64,000 nucleotides of DNA from Octopus bimaculoides (lineage: Eukaryota), in contig NC_068986.1 of assembly GCF_001194135.2 (NCBI RefSeq), forward strand, positions 74,196,776-74,260,775. The letters are read 5' to 3'. The position numbers were made by a program, and so were the translations under genes. The notes below the pieces were generated by a model. The model had not been told where the DNA came from. It was given only the letters and a program-made list of their open reading frames with translations, and ran no database searches. Below are positions 23,470 to 37,377 of this stretch, in pieces (the first letter of the stretch is position 1; each line of letters opens with the position of its first letter).

Positions 23470-23940
23470 TGTTTGTGTGTCTGTGTTTGTGCCTCCAGCG
23501 TTGCTTGACAACTGATGCTGGTGTGTTTATGTCCCCGTAACTTAGCGGTTCGGCAAAAGAGACTGATAGAATAAGTACTAAGCTTACAAAGAATAAGTCC
23601 TGGGGTTGATTTGCTCGACTAAAGGCGGTGCTCCAGCATGGCCGCAGTCAAATGACTGAAACAAGTAAAAAGAATAAAAAGAGAATATATATATATATGT
23701 GTATATGCATGAATATAAATGTGTGTGTCTTGTGTCTGTGTTTGCCTGCCACTATTGCTTGATAACCAATATTGGTGTGTTTACATCCCCGTAGCTTAGT
23801 GGTTTGGCAAAAGAGACTGATAGAATAAGTATTAGGCTTACAAAGAATAAGTCCTAGGGTCAATTTCTTCAACTAAAAAGCTTTCTACAGTGGTGCTTCT
23901 GCATGGTTGCAGTCAAATGGCTGAAACAAGTAAAAGAATA
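23470..23940 (+). mobile_element. Two tandem SINE family A tails
   Basis: Tail block repeated at ~23470-23680 and ~23715-23940. Confidence 0.8.
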
Positions 23941-24109
23941 TAAATATGTCCACACGCGTACACAACAGGCTTTTTTCAGTTTCTGTCTATCAAATCCACT
24001 CATAAGGTTTTGGTCATAAGGTGCCATTCAGTGGTACTGAACCCAAAACCATGTGGCTGGAAAGCAAACTTCTTACCATGCAGCCATGCCCATGACAATA
24101 GAAATTATA

Positions 24110-24182
24110 TTCCCAAGCCAGGAATTGAACCTAGGTCACCTTGGTGAAGGCCAGAAATCCTAACCACTAGGTCACATGGGGA
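24110..24182 (-). pseudogene. tRNA-Glu(TTC) pseudogene
   Basis: Minus strand TCCCCATGTGACCTAGTGGTTAGGATTTCTGGCCTTCACCAAGGTGACCTAGGTTCAATTCCTGGCTTGGGAA aligns to eukaryotic tRNA-Glu; mismatched acceptor and anticodon stems, U33 to C. Confidence 0.8.
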
Positions 24183-24533
24183 ATGTAAACTAATCAATGA
24201 TTAATACAATGATAATTGTAATGATGCTGAACATGATTATAATGATGATGATGAAATTATATACATTTGTCTGTCAATTATTTATCCCTGTCAATTATAT
24301 TTGGCTGTTAAATGAAAGTTAACAAACCAATAATATCTTTGAAATTATATATCCATTATTATTATTATAACATATTTGATCATTTCACTTTGATCCAACC
24401 TCATTTCTTCTATATTGCTGTCATTCATCTTTATGTTCATAAAATTATAAATATTTGATGTCTATTTAAACGATTAAGTGGCTAGTTGTAAGGTTCAATA
24501 TTTGTAGTTAGGTAACTTGTACAACACATAAAC

Positions 24534-24577
<44 letters not shown>

Positions 24578-25481
24578 TTAATGTAGTCATTAGTAATAGC
24601 CGGTCAGAAAGTTATTGTTGGTTTCACATCTATTGTGTGGTTAACAACATAGGCAACTTATCAGATTTCCTGGCCAGCGGTCAAAAGGTTTGATGAGTTT
24701 TTACTAATGGAGGTAAGAATACAGTCTTGATCAATCAGGGTTGTGAAAAGAATCCCTGAAAACAAAATCTTCAATGTGAAAACCCCCTCTAGGTAAGGTG
24801 GAGTTATCTCCCTTTGACCAATTCCATTTGTGTCTGAAAAGGGACAACAGCAATTTATGTACGATTTCTGTTTATTAGTCAGCAAGCAAGGAATTCCATG
24901 TCAGCAGCATAAATTTTCTCTCATGAAGGCACTGATTAAACATCTCACTTTTGGAACAACTGTTTCTATATCTATGTATTTTTCCATACTTGTGAGAATT
25001 AGACAAATATATTAGTGAGACATTGTTTTATGGCCAGAAGCCTCTCCTATCCCCTAACCCTTACCTATTTCTCAATTAAGTGATCTCTTAATTCACATAA
25101 CTTCAAAGGTGTAAAGTGAACATAGAATTTGACAGGAGAAATAAAAACACCACCCCTACTTGTAATGACAGTCATAGAACAGAAATGTAAGCAAATACAC
25201 AATGTTGAGAATATACACCTTATTTATATAATTTTATTGTTGTGACTTCAGCATTGGCAAAATATTCTTTTAAGGTGATAATATAATGTAATAATAATGA
25301 TGATGATGATGATATTGAAAATGATAAAATTTTAGCTGTATTAATTTGACTATATGAACTCTGTGAACATATTCTATGTTTCTTGATGCTCTGAGTAACT
25401 TTTGCAGTGTTCTTGATATATGAAATATATACTCTACACAATGATTGAGTACACTTTTCTCCTTATTGTCAATACAAACTT

Positions 25482-25538
<57 letters not shown>

Positions 25539-26100
25539 TTCCACATCTACCATACACATAATTTCAAACATTTTTTTCTACTCTTATCTCTAAACAATGT
25601 CTCTGTGCATTCAACTGTGCTAACGATTCTTGTTATTCTCTACACCTCATTTAATTCCATACTTTCCTATCTGTCTGTATTCTATTTCTGTTTAACCAAT
25701 ATAATATACATATATTAGTAAATGTTGAACTATAATATTATGGGATGCTATACATACAAAAAACATCTATATGAATGTGTTTCTATGTATGTGTGCATAC
25801 ACACACACACACACAAGATATGTTGTTGACAGCAACTTCGAAGTTTCAGCCAGACGATAGCTTAGCTGGCCAAAACATTGAACTGCATTGTCAACAGCAT
25901 TGTTGCTTTAGAATTATAAATTTGTACTCAACAAAGTATAGAGTAATCCATCAGATTAATGTAAAATTGTTTTTATTATAACTGAACACAGAGCCTGAAA
26001 GATTGCTTTAAAATACATGGTGTAGTTTATAAATATGCCTCCTCAAGTATCATAATAGCATGAAACTATTAGTAGTTATTTCAATTGTGTATTTAATTTG

Positions 26101-26174
<74 letters not shown>

Positions 26175-26176
26175 AA

Positions 26177-26350
26177 TTAAAAGTAAAAGCACCCACTACA
26201 CTCTCGGAGTGGTTGGTGTTAGGAAGGGCATCCAGCTGTAGAAACTCTGCCAAATCAGATTGGAGCGTGGTGTAGCCATCTGGTTTCACCAGTCCTCAGT
26301 CAAATCGTCCAACCCATGCTAGCATGGAAAGTGGACGTTAAACGATGATG
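26177..26350 (+). mobile_element. 5'-truncated SINE family B, well preserved
   Basis: Near identity to 60830-61002. Confidence 0.88.
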
Positions 26351-26353
26351 TAG

Positions 26354-26392
<39 letters not shown>

Positions 26393-26749
26393 GCAAATAT
26401 ATGCAAGTACATATATATACATGCAAGTAAGCACATAAATGCAAACCAAGGTGGACACAATAGTATTCAGATACCAAAGGTAGTGTAATATGCTTTTTTA
26501 TCAAAACTGCCAAAACATTACAAAAAAACTGTTTCTCAGAGTTTCACGTTTCTGTTCATCGGACATTTGTGATCAAGTCGCATGGGTGTCTGCTGACAAC
26601 ATTTTCCATCATATAAGTGTAAAATACCCAATCTTTCTGCTGTTTTCACGTCTATATTGTTTTCGAAATATTACCTTTTTGTCTGTATAATACAGTACAC
26701 ATTCAATGCTTCCAAAACCAAAAACAAAAAGTTTGTTTACATATGTTGT

Positions 26750-26787
<38 letters not shown>

Positions 26788-26950
26788 CAAGATATATCTT
26801 TGTGTAACACTAAATGCACAGGTAAAATTACTGTCTTGAAATTGCAATGAACATAGCTTGATCATTTCCTTAGACTAACCTTCACAGATATACATATTTC
26901 ATGAGACAAGTACTTTAATAACGACAGACCAATGTCTCTTTCTTTTTCAG

Positions 26951-27017
26951 TCTGAACCTCTCTATGAAGAAGTATGGAAGGGAGCTAAGCATAAAAGTGG
27001 CAGAAATACATCCCCAG
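26951..27017 (+). CDS. PLEKHH: PLEKHH-family small exon (SEPLYEEVWKGAKHKSGRNTSP-G), 67 nt, phase 0/1
   Basis: tctttttcag acceptor, CAG|GTAAG donor; supplies the phase-1 end needed by the 38122 exon. Too short for the ORF track. Confidence 0.78.
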
Positions 27018-27280
27018 GTAAGACATATACCATTACCATTCTTTATAAATAATTTACGCTGTATTGACAGTGGCTGTGAATGGCACTAATTGCTGCTTTT
27101 GTTATTGTTGTTGTCTAGTGTCACATGAAACTTGATCCTTCAAACCTGTGACCAAAAGATGTTCTCTTCATAGATGTTCCACATTGTTTTTCTATCAGAG
27201 ATTATATTGTATCTTTACTTAACACATTAGCTGCAATTTCTAGCAGTTTAAGGCTGGACATAGGTTCCTTTGTTGGTTCA

Positions 27281-27687
27281 TACTCTTTACTTTTTTCAGT
27301 CATTTGACTGCGGCCATGCTGGAGCACCACCTTTAGTCGTGCAAATCGACCCCAGGACTTATTCTTTGTAAGCCTAGTACTTATTCTATCGGTCTCTTTT
27401 GCTGAACTGCTAAGTTATGGGGACGTAAACACCCCACCATCGGTTGTCAAACAATGCTGGGGGACAAACACAGACACACAAACATACACACACACATACA
27501 TATATACATATATACGACAGGTTTCTTTCAGTTTCCGTCTACCAAATCCACTAACAAGGCTTTGGTTGGCTCGATACTATAGCAGAATATAGCAGAAGAC
27601 ACTTGCCCAAGGTGCCACGCAGTGGGACTGAACCCGGAACCATGTGGTTGGTAAGCAAGCTACTTACCACGTAGCCACTCCTGCACC
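27281..27687 (-). mobile_element. SINE family A, well-preserved full copy
   Basis: Complete head, microsatellite and tail. Confidence 0.92.
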
Positions 27688-28465
27688 TATGTGTATTAGC
27701 TTTTGTTATACCCGTGTTTTTGTATGGCTAATATGACTGGTTAGCTTTAAGGTGCAAGCTGGCAGAACTGTTAGCATGCCGGGCAAAATGCTTAGTGGCA
27801 TTTCGTCCATCTGAGTTCAAATTCCTCTGAGGTTGACTTTACCTTTCATCCTTTCAGGGTTGACAAAATAAGTACCAGTTGAGCACTGGCATTGATTTAA
27901 TCAACTTAGCCCAACCTTTTATTTCTGTTCTGGCCTTCTGCCAAAATTTGAAGCCAATCTGACTGGTTAACTTGATACAATTTTGCTGCTGTGAGAATCC
28001 ATGATTTGTAATATGATGGATCTATGACCAAACTGTGGAAAGACTAGTTTATTTAGTTACAAATAAATACATCATGATGGGTAATTTAATTCATAGAGAA
28101 TTGACAAACAGACCAAACTGTGTTAGATGACTAATTTGTGTAGCCATAAATAAATATCTAGTGGTGGCTAGTACAGCTTACTGAGATAAATTGCATTTGA
28201 ATAACCGTTTAGTATTTAAACCAGCCATATGTAAATGAAAAAATATTCTACTTGTTTCATATTTAAACAGACCATATCCAGCTCCTCATACCTACCCTAT
28301 AATGTCATTCTAAAAATAAATAATCACATCACTAAAATCTAAGAGATATGAGACAATGCATTGGTAATTCAGAACAGTGTGAATAAATAAGCATTACATT
28401 TGACAGAGTAATCTGAATTCTAAAGAGTTAAGCTACTCTGGCTCTTAGATAAATTCTATTTTAAT

Positions 28466-28890
28466 GGTGCAGGCATGGTTGTGTGGTAAGAAGCTTGCTC
28501 CCCAAGCACATGGCCATGTGTTCAATCCCACTGTGTGGTACCTTGGGCAAGTGTCTTTTAATATAGCCTTGCGCCAATCAAAGCCTTGAGAGTGGATTTG
28601 GTTGACGGAAACTGAAAGAAGCCTGTTATATATATATATATNNNNNNNNNNNNNNNNNNNNNNNNNNNNNNNNNNNNNNNNNNNNNNNNNNNNNNNNNNN
28701 NNNNNNNNNNNNNNNNNNNNNNNNNNNNNNNNNNNNNNNNNATATATATGTATGTATGTATGTATTGTGTGTGAGTGTGTGCGCGTCTGTGTTTATGTCC
28801 CCGTAGCTTAGCCATTCAGCAAAAGAGGCTTACAGAATAAGTCCTGGGGGTGATTTCTTCAGCTAAAACCCTTTAAAGCAATGCTCCAGC
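28466..28890 (+). mobile_element. SINE family A copy (gap in microsatellite)
   Basis: Head and tail motifs. Confidence 0.8.
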
Positions 28891-29357
28891 ACATTATTGA
28901 AATCTCAGAGCTATGAGATAATGCATGATTAATTCAAAACAAAGGACTATGTTTGACAGAGTAATCTGAATGCTAAAGGGTTAAACTGTACTTGCTTCTA
29001 CATAAATTCTATTTTAAAGCGTTTTATACCCAAATATAAAACTTGTATAAATTTTATATCAGAAACTTGTTGTGTTCTAAATCTGAGATTTAATGATGAT
29101 AAAGTTCTTGGTTAATTTCAAATATGCTGTATATTACATTGACATCCCTATGATTGTAACAGGGGTTGGAGACTCAAGATCAGTGTCATCACAATGCATG
29201 GATACACTGAGTAGTTGCCTAAGGATCCAATAGGTCCAGGGTCTCAATGCTAATCTCTATATGCAGTGACTTGTATCAATGAATACAAAAGGCGCACTTT
29301 TTATTTTTGCTATAACACTCCTAAGATGAACCTGCTCAAAGTTAGGCTATATAGCAT

Positions 29358-29780
29358 CTATCTTTTAGATGTTTCAGTCATTGGACTGTGGCCATGCTGG
29401 AGTTCTGCTTCGGGGGATTTAGTTGAACAACTGGCCCCTGTACTTATTTATAAGTGTGATACTTATTCTATTGGTCTTTAAGTTATGGAAACATAAACAA
29501 CCAACTCCAGTTGTTGAGTGGTGGGAGCAAACAAACAGAAGCGCAGACACATGCACACACATACTCAAGCACAAAGATACATGCACACACACACGCACAC
29601 ACACACATACACACTTATACTTGAGCTTCCACACAGTTTCCATCAACCAAATTCACTCACAAGGAATTGGTTGAGCTGAGATGATAGTAGAAGACATTTG
29701 CCTCATGTGCTGCACAGTGGAACTGAACCTGGAACTATGTGATTGTAAAGTGAGCTTCTTACCTACACAGCCATACCTGT
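29358..29780 (-). mobile_element. SINE family A copy, degenerate
   Basis: Head and tail motifs. Confidence 0.75.
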
Positions 29781-30790
29781 CTTTCTCTATTTTATTGGTA
29801 TGGCAACATTAAAAGTCAGCTCTGCCAGATAATGGAATATTTATCCATTATGAATCATTCCTACTGCTTAAACTAATGTACTCCACTTTAACATGTTACC
29901 CCCAACATCAGCCCTTATTGTAGAGACCTATAATCAAATGTATCCCTGTCATAGCCATCCTTTCATTTTGCTTCTTAAGGATTACATTCCCCGGTATGTC
30001 TTTTTTTAAAGCAAGTAATGATTTGGTTGCTATTTCTGGCAGATTGAATGACCATGTAGAGACACTGTTTTTGGTATGTCACCATGGTGATAATTTTGCA
30101 GCCAGCTTTCTAATACAGAAATTGATAGCTATGTTCTGATAGGTTAGCTATGCATTTTATAGTCATGATTAGCTGTGAAGTTTAACACTCACCAGAACAA
30201 TCATCATAAACAGAAACATAAGCTGACTGTGGTAGGCTTTGAACTCAGAACATATAAAGAGCCGATACTCAATATATCACAAAAGCAAGGCAGCTGATTC
30301 TGCCAATCAACCACAGTTTTATCTGATATTCTATCAACTCTGCCAAAATAATAAAGAATATCTGTGTTAGAATATTAATTACAATTGCTGCAATTATAAT
30401 TACTTACAGTCACATTAATTAAAATTATTTCATCAGATAGATTCAAAAGCCTGTTTCTTTTCTTTCTTTTCCAAATAATTACAAATAATTAGTTAATTCA
30501 ATAACAGTATATAACTGGTTCTTATTTGATTAAGCCTTTTCCATGGAATTCAAAATCAAAATGCTAAGTGTTAACCCTTTACCTGCATAATTTAATTTAA
30601 TGGTTATTCTTATAATGATGTTAATTATCTGCCAAAATATAAAACTGGCATTTTCTGAAAGTCATGTTGCTTCATGATAAACTTAATTTACTTCAACAAA
30701 AGATATTTGCAAATATGATGTTCCTCAATAAAAGACAGATAAGGATAATGAAATTCTGAGTGGATATATCAGATTTCTGCAGTGAAGGGA

Positions 30791-31021
30791 TTAACCCTTT
30801 AGCATTCAGATTACTCTGCCAAATGTAATGCTTATTTATTCACATTATTTTGAATTTATCAAGCATTATCTTGTTACTTGGAGATTTCAAAGATGTGAGC
30901 ATTTATTTTTAGAATGACAGTGTAGGGTAGGTGTAAAAGACTGGATCTACTCAGTTTGAACATAAAACTGGTAGAATATTTCAGGTCAGAGGTGTTGCCG
31001 GTTTAAATGCTAAAGGGTTAA
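30791..31021. mobile_element. piggyBac-type MITE, complete
   Basis: TTAA|CCCTTTAGCATT...AATGCTAAAGGG|TTAA. Confidence 0.9.
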
Positions 31022-31978
31022 AACCATCATGGCATTCATGAAGAATTTAATCTGGTTTTATTCAATTTCTGACTCTAACATGATATTTTCTTTGTAGTTT
31101 AATAAGCCTCATCATCATCACTGCCATCACCATCACCACCACCAACACCACCATTACCCACAGCATCAACACTACCACCACCACCAACACCAGCATATGT
31201 CTATTTTCCTCCATGCTGGTCTTTATTTTATAGACACCCCAGGATTTGAACTCTCGTTATAAAGTGACATGACCTGATACCACAGGCACTCTACTGAGCC
31301 TACCATCCATTACCCTTTTTAATTACACTAATGATTTCTAAATTAGTCAAGAAGCTCATATATCTGTAGGGGGAGAGGTAGTCAATTATATTGACTCCCC
31401 AGTAGTTTACCAGTACTTTATTTTAACAACCCTTGAAAAATGAAATACAAAGTCGACCTCAGCGGAATTTGAACTCAGAATGTAAAGAGCTGGAAGAAAT
31501 ACTGCAAAGTATTTTTTTTCTATGCACAAGCAATTCTGCTAGTTTACCGCCTGAATAACAATACTACTATTAATAATAATAATAATAATCCTGTCTACTA
31601 AAGGCACAAGGCCTGAAATTTGGTGGGAGGAAACTAGTTGATTACACTGACCCTGAAAGGAAGAAAGGCAAGTTGACCTCAGTGGAATTTGAACTCAGAT
31701 TGTAAAGACAGTTGAAATGCCAGCTTGGCATCTTACTACTAATAATAATGATAATAATAAAAATGGTAATGATAATGATTTCAAATGTTGGCACAAGGCC
31801 ATCAATTTCAGAAGAGAAGATAAGTCAATTATATCAACCCCAGTGCTTATTTTATTGACCTCAAAAGGATAAAAGGAAAAGTCGAACCCCGCAGCATTTG
31901 AACCCAGAACATAAAGACGGACAAAATGCCCGCTAAGCATTTTGCCCAGTATACCACCAATTCTGCCACCTTGTTGCC

Positions 31979-32026
<48 letters not shown>

Positions 32027-32518
32027 GGTCACAGAAAACGAGAAAGCAACCATACTCTGGGATATGCCAATACACACAGATAGAGAAATTAAGGCCAATA
32101 GACCAGATATAGTTGTCAAAGATCATGNNNNNNNNNNNNNNNNNNNCTAATTGATGTATCAATACCAGCAGATGACAACGTTTCCCTAAAAGAAATGGAG
32201 AAAATTACAAAATACAAAGACCTGGAAATAGAGGTAACTCGAATGTGGAATCTAAAAACAGAAACAATTCCTATAGTAGTAGGTGCATTAGGTATAATAA
32301 AAAAATATTCAGACAAATACATAACAAAAACACCAGGACTTACAAATATATATAACATACAGAAAATTGCATTACTGGGCACTGCACACATCCTACGCAA
32401 AACACTTTCAATACAGTAACCATAAGAGCATCACAGCAAACCACAGCACATACCCAAGGCACACAGAGCTGCGCTCGGTAGTGAAGTGAAAGCACGTTAT
32501 AAAAATAAAACTACTGAA
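32027..32518 (+). mobile_element. 5'-truncated R4/Dong-like element (family 1), restriction-like endonuclease C-terminus plus 3' UTR
   Basis: ENEKATILWDMPIHTDREIKANRPDIVVKD...LIDVSIP...KYKDL...PIVVGALG...QKIALLGTAHILRKTL; embedded in (TAA)n on both sides. Confidence 0.93.
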
Positions 32519-32823
32519 CAATAATAATAATAATAATGTTTACCTCCAGCTGTGTAATTAAATTTATTTTCCTTTTATTTCCTTGTTTACTGCTTGTAAA
32601 AATATGTTTTGATTTTTCTTCGAAATTTTGGATGTACCCCTGACTGATTTAGCAGAAGTAACCTTAGGAGAAAGAGATTTAAACACATGAAAATAAGAAT
32701 GTCTTAAAACTGAACTTTTTATGCCCCACCCAAGTACTGGGTAACAGTACACTTTCATTAGGTTTCATAAGGTTTCCTCTTGGAAAATGCCTACAAAAAC
32801 AGCTTTTCATTTATGATTTAAAT

Positions 32824-33080
32824 CAGTGATTCTCAACCAAGGTCTCTATGACCCTTGGGGATCAACATAACATTTTGTTGTCAAAATTTATTTGCAATAT
32901 ATTGGGTACACTTCTACAATGCATAAAATATTTTAACAACTTTATTTTTATACAATTCTTAATATTTAATTGTAAAAATATAATAAAACATTTTTAAACA
33001 GCAAAATGTTTATTTAGGTCCAGTAGAGTAAAATAGGAATCAAAGGGGTCCACAGGCAAAAAAATTGTTGAGAACCTCTG
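32824..33080. mobile_element. hAT-type MITE
   Basis: CAGTGATTCTCAA...TTGAGAACCTCTG termini; 8-bp flanks ATTTAAAT/ATCTAAAC (6/8); same family as 40283-40603. Confidence 0.75.
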
Positions 33081-33129
33081 ATCTAAACACACAGTTCCAT
33101 CAGAACAAGATGATACATCTATCTATCTG

Positions 33130-33620
33130 TCCAGTCAGGTGACTTCTCCAGACCAAGGCAACTCTTCCATACCAGATCTCCTGATCTTCCATAGCAGTCT
33201 TCATGTTCTCAACTTGACATCCAGTGTCTTCTGTAAGCTGATCGGTATATGTGCTCCTCTTGGTCTGCTGAGACTTGGATGTCCCTGCATGGGTTTCCAG
33301 AGCAGAAGATCCCTGGATATTTCATCGTTGCTTCTCCAGCAGTGTCCTGCATAACCTGTTCTTCTTTCTCTGATTAGTGAGGTGACGGTAGGAAAACTAC
33401 CATACAGTTGTTGCTTTGCAGGGTGTTGCTACCAAGAAAGAGTGAGAACTGCATGAAACATTCTCGTGTATGGACCATCAAGCTTCCTTTCAAAACGCTT
33501 ATTTAGTGTTCATCCTTAAGAGTCATAGAGAAGTATTGATTACTGCTCTGAAGAAACTCCCCTTCATGTTCTCGATATAATTTCGAGTAGAAGACATTCT
33601 GCAATTAAAATATTGAATGC
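33130..33620 (-). mobile_element. RTE-type LINE 3' fragment
   Basis: Minus-strand RTGYAGHCWRSNDEISRDLLLWKPMQG-like peptide resembling RTE C-termini (RLRFAGHCWR...LLLW.P.HG). Confidence 0.75.
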
Positions 33621-34104
33621 TGATTATGCATATGGTTTTGAACTTCTTGGAGACAATGAAAGAAGTAAAGAAAATGCTACATGTACCTGAGATTGCAGAA
33701 ACACAACTAGGACTGTATATATATATATATCAATCCCAGTAAGACAGTGATGTCTGTACTCTGAATGGCACCAATCTGAAGTTGATACATATGTAACTAC
33801 AATAAACACAAATAATAGTTTGGGATTTAGACTCAAAGTAAGCAGTTTTGTTGGGGAGAAGTAATTTGGTACTGTTGACCCAGCACTTTACTGGTACTTT
33901 ATTTTATTGACCTTGGAGGGATAAAAGGCAGAGTTGATTGTGGCAAGATTTGAACTTCAAAATGTAAAGAGCCAAAAGAAATACTGCATAACATTTCTTC
34001 TGATGTAATGATGATCTTACCAATTTACTGTGCTTAACCCTTTCACTGTGGAAATCAGATATATTCACTCCAAATTTCATTACTTTGAATTGTAGAAAGT
34101 AGTT

Positions 34105-34912
34105 TCATTGTGTTGAGTCAAACGTTTTGCAATATTTTGGTAACTTACTTGCATTATTTGTCAAGCTTCGACAGAAGCAGTTGAACACTCAAAGTAGAGA
34201 CCATCTGAAGCCACCTTTCTGCCAGTTATTTGATCCACACTGATACCAGTTCTTGTCCTTAAGGTGAAGAACTCCTTCACTGAAGCAGCCACCTTCTCTT
34301 GGTCGATGAAGTATCATGATCGCAGGAAGTGAGCCATGGATTGGAAGAAGTAATAATCTGAGGGAATTGAGTCCGGACTATATACTGGGTGTGACATTAG
34401 TTTGATTCTCTCAAGTTCCTGGAGTTTATTCCGGGTCATTCAAGTGGTATAAGGTTTTGCTGCAGAAGACTTTGATTTCTGTTAACCAATGCCAGTTATT
34501 TTTGCCACACAGTAGCATACATTCACTCCAGTTTGGGGTACAGGTTGGCATCAGTGGTTCACCTGTCCAGAATAAACTTGCAGTGAATTATCTCCTTATA
34601 ACTCCACCAGACACAGTGCATCACCTTGTGTTTGAAATGCTCATATTTAGCAATAGGTTCTGAAAACCGGCCCTTACTTAACCACTGCTTACGTACGTTA
34701 GGATTGCAAAAAAATATCTTCTTCGGATAATTACTTGTTCAGATCCATGACAATTCATCAGCCAAGAGGCGGTGGAAGCTTCAATGAAAGGTGGTGTCAG
34801 ATGGTGCAACACAATGACCTCTACTTTCAATGCTTAGCTGCTTTTGTTGTAACTTGATGAATAAAGTAAATAAGCTACCAAAATATTGCATAACTTTTGA
34901 CTCAATGCAATA
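34105..34912 (-). mobile_element. Internally deleted mariner element
   Basis: ~40-nt TIRs (34107-34147, 34871-34911); decayed HPVYSPDSIPSDYYFFQSMAHFL (YSPDLAPSD motif) on minus strand. Confidence 0.88.
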
Positions 34913-35259
34913 TGTACCAATCTATCTTTTGTTGAGGCATGTCTTATTTGAAACTATTTTCTGTTGAGATGTGTCAAGTTTATTGTGGTAATGTAACTTT
35001 GCATAAAATACCAATTCCGTTTTTGGTTAATATTTAACATAATTACTGGAATAATCAGGAAATTTAATTTCACAGATTAAGAGTTCACAGAACAACAATA
35101 ACAACAACACAGATAAATAAACAAATAATAATTGGCCATAAATATAAGAGTAAATTTAATTACAGTTGAATTTTAATCATTGTTAAATGCTTTGGTAAAT
35201 ATTAATTAAACAGTAAGTGGATTGAGTTAAGGAATCAATATTTAACAAAAAAGGTTAAT

Positions 35260-35297
<38 letters not shown>

Positions 35298-37006
35298 GGT
35301 GGTGTGAAACAACACAGGCTACTTAATGTAGCTGAGTAATAGTGATTGGGTAAATCGCTTTTATAAAGATTAAATCTGCTAAATATTGTTAAGATGAGAA
35401 GTGGTTCTGAAAGGATTCTTCAAAATAGTTATTAGAAATCTGATTCTAATTTTAGCTTATTAAATTTGTTTTCTATCATATTTATTTATCTTCTTATGTT
35501 GTTTGTGTATGTACTTGTGTGTGAGTGTGTATCTGTAATGAATAAGGTATGCATTGACTACATTACATTATACAATACTCTAATGGTTAGAGGTTTAGGG
35601 CTCACAATCATAAGGCTGTGGGTTCAATTCCTAGACTGGACAGGATGGTGTGTTTTTAAGCAAGGTATATTATTTCATGTTGATCCAGTCTGCTCAGTTG
35701 AAAATGAGTACCAGCTCAATGTTGGTGCAGCTCTCTCCCTTTCCCAGANNNNNNNNNNATATATATATATCTCTTACACACACACACATTTATTGAATGT
35801 GGTGTTTTGCTGTTATATATACCCTTTGACCCTTTCCCACTCACAATGCTAAAGAAGCTAGCTGGAATATTGCTTTAGTCTTCAACAATGTTTTGCTCTA
35901 CAAAACGTTCTCCCTCCCAATTTCCGTATATCTTAAATTACAATTCAAATTAAACTCTGCAATAATTCAAATTAAACATAAATTTGTTTTATATTAGCTC
36001 AGGGTCGCAAAAACTATTGGGAGCGGTTGCTTTACTCAACTCCAGCATTTAACTGGAACAGTTTCTATCAATTGTTGAAAGATAAAGGACGAAATTGAAC
36101 AGATTTGAACAGGCAACATAAACAATCATTTATGCTATCAATTCAAACAATAAAAGGTATTAATTGCAATGACTTCACCTAATTATTCATGTTTCCAAGT
36201 CTGGGAGATTCTATAAAGGTTTTAACCCTTTGATATTCAGATTACACTTTCAAAAGTACTTATTTATTCACTGGTTTTGAATTAATCATACATTATCTTG
36301 TAGCTTTGAAATTTCAATGGTGTCACCATCATCACCATCATCATCATCATTTGTCCACTTTCCCTGCTGGCATGGGTTGGGCGGTTTTACTATCTATCTA
36401 TCTATCCATCCATCCATCCCTGCCTCCTTCCTTCCTTCCTTCCTTCCTTCCTATTTTATAGTTTGGAGGAAGAGGTTGTGGCCATGACCTTGCAGACCTT
36501 CCAAACTTGGTTATTTTTCTTGAATGCAGGAAAAATACATGTAGGGATTTTGTTAAGAGGTGGCAGGATTAGGTGAATTTGTTATTGCCAGGCCTGTGTG
36601 GGTAGGAGGGTGGTCTTATTATATAGTTGAGAAAACGAGAAGCAATATATAAATCAAGGGTCTGAGTGAGTGAATCATGATACCAATTAAGTCCAAGTTT
36701 TGGTGGGACATATCAGTGAGTTATGTATGATAGCTATCTTGTTGTCCTCTTATTTCTAAATAAAAACAAGGCATCTACTAATGTTCTAAAATGATTACAA
36801 TTGAGTTGAAATAAAACAGCTCTTGAACAGAATTATCTTTGGTTCACAGGTAAAGGTTGCTATCAGAGTATTGTGTCATGAACGATATTTGGTGGTTGAT
36901 ATCCAGATCACACACACACACACACAGACACACACACACACACACGTGAGAGGACAAACAAAAGAAAGGCTACTCAACACATTTATTGGGAGTTACATAT
37001 ATTACC

Positions 37007-37162
37007 CAAAACAGTTTTATTTGGATTCCATGCTACTTCAAGTTTTGAAGCCCCTACTGGGTCCTTTCTCGTCAGGCTGGTAAGAATTTAAATCAAATTC
37101 TTACCAATCTGATGAGGGCTTCAAAACTTGAAGTAGCATGGAATCTGAATCAAATTGTTTTG
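37007..37162. repeat. 156-nt palindrome of two inverted hammerhead-like copies
   Basis: Arms 37007-37053 and 37116-37162 plus inner stem GGTAAGAATTT/AAATTCTTACC. Confidence 0.88.
37028..37080 (-). ncRNA. Hammerhead-like motif with G12 to A change (predicted inactive)
   Basis: CCAGC-CTGACGA-GAAAGGACCCAGTAGGGGCTTC-(A)AAACTTGAAGT-A-GCATGG: stems I, II and III all fold, GUA cleavage triplet. Confidence 0.62.
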
Positions 37163-37298
37163 AGTGATATATATATGTGTATGTGTGTGTGTGTAGAAAG
37201 ATAAAGCGAGGCCGTAGGCTAATGAGTTTAGGGTCTGTAGAAACACTGTAAAGCTAATCGCTTTATGGATGTGAAACACTGGGTAAATCCATAAACTG

Positions 37299-37377
<79 letters not shown>

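Noticed and set aside
35404-35437. Hammerhead-like string CTGAAAG-GATTCTTC-AAAATAGTTATT-A
   Set aside because: Both core halves deviate and stem I does not pair; too degenerate to call.
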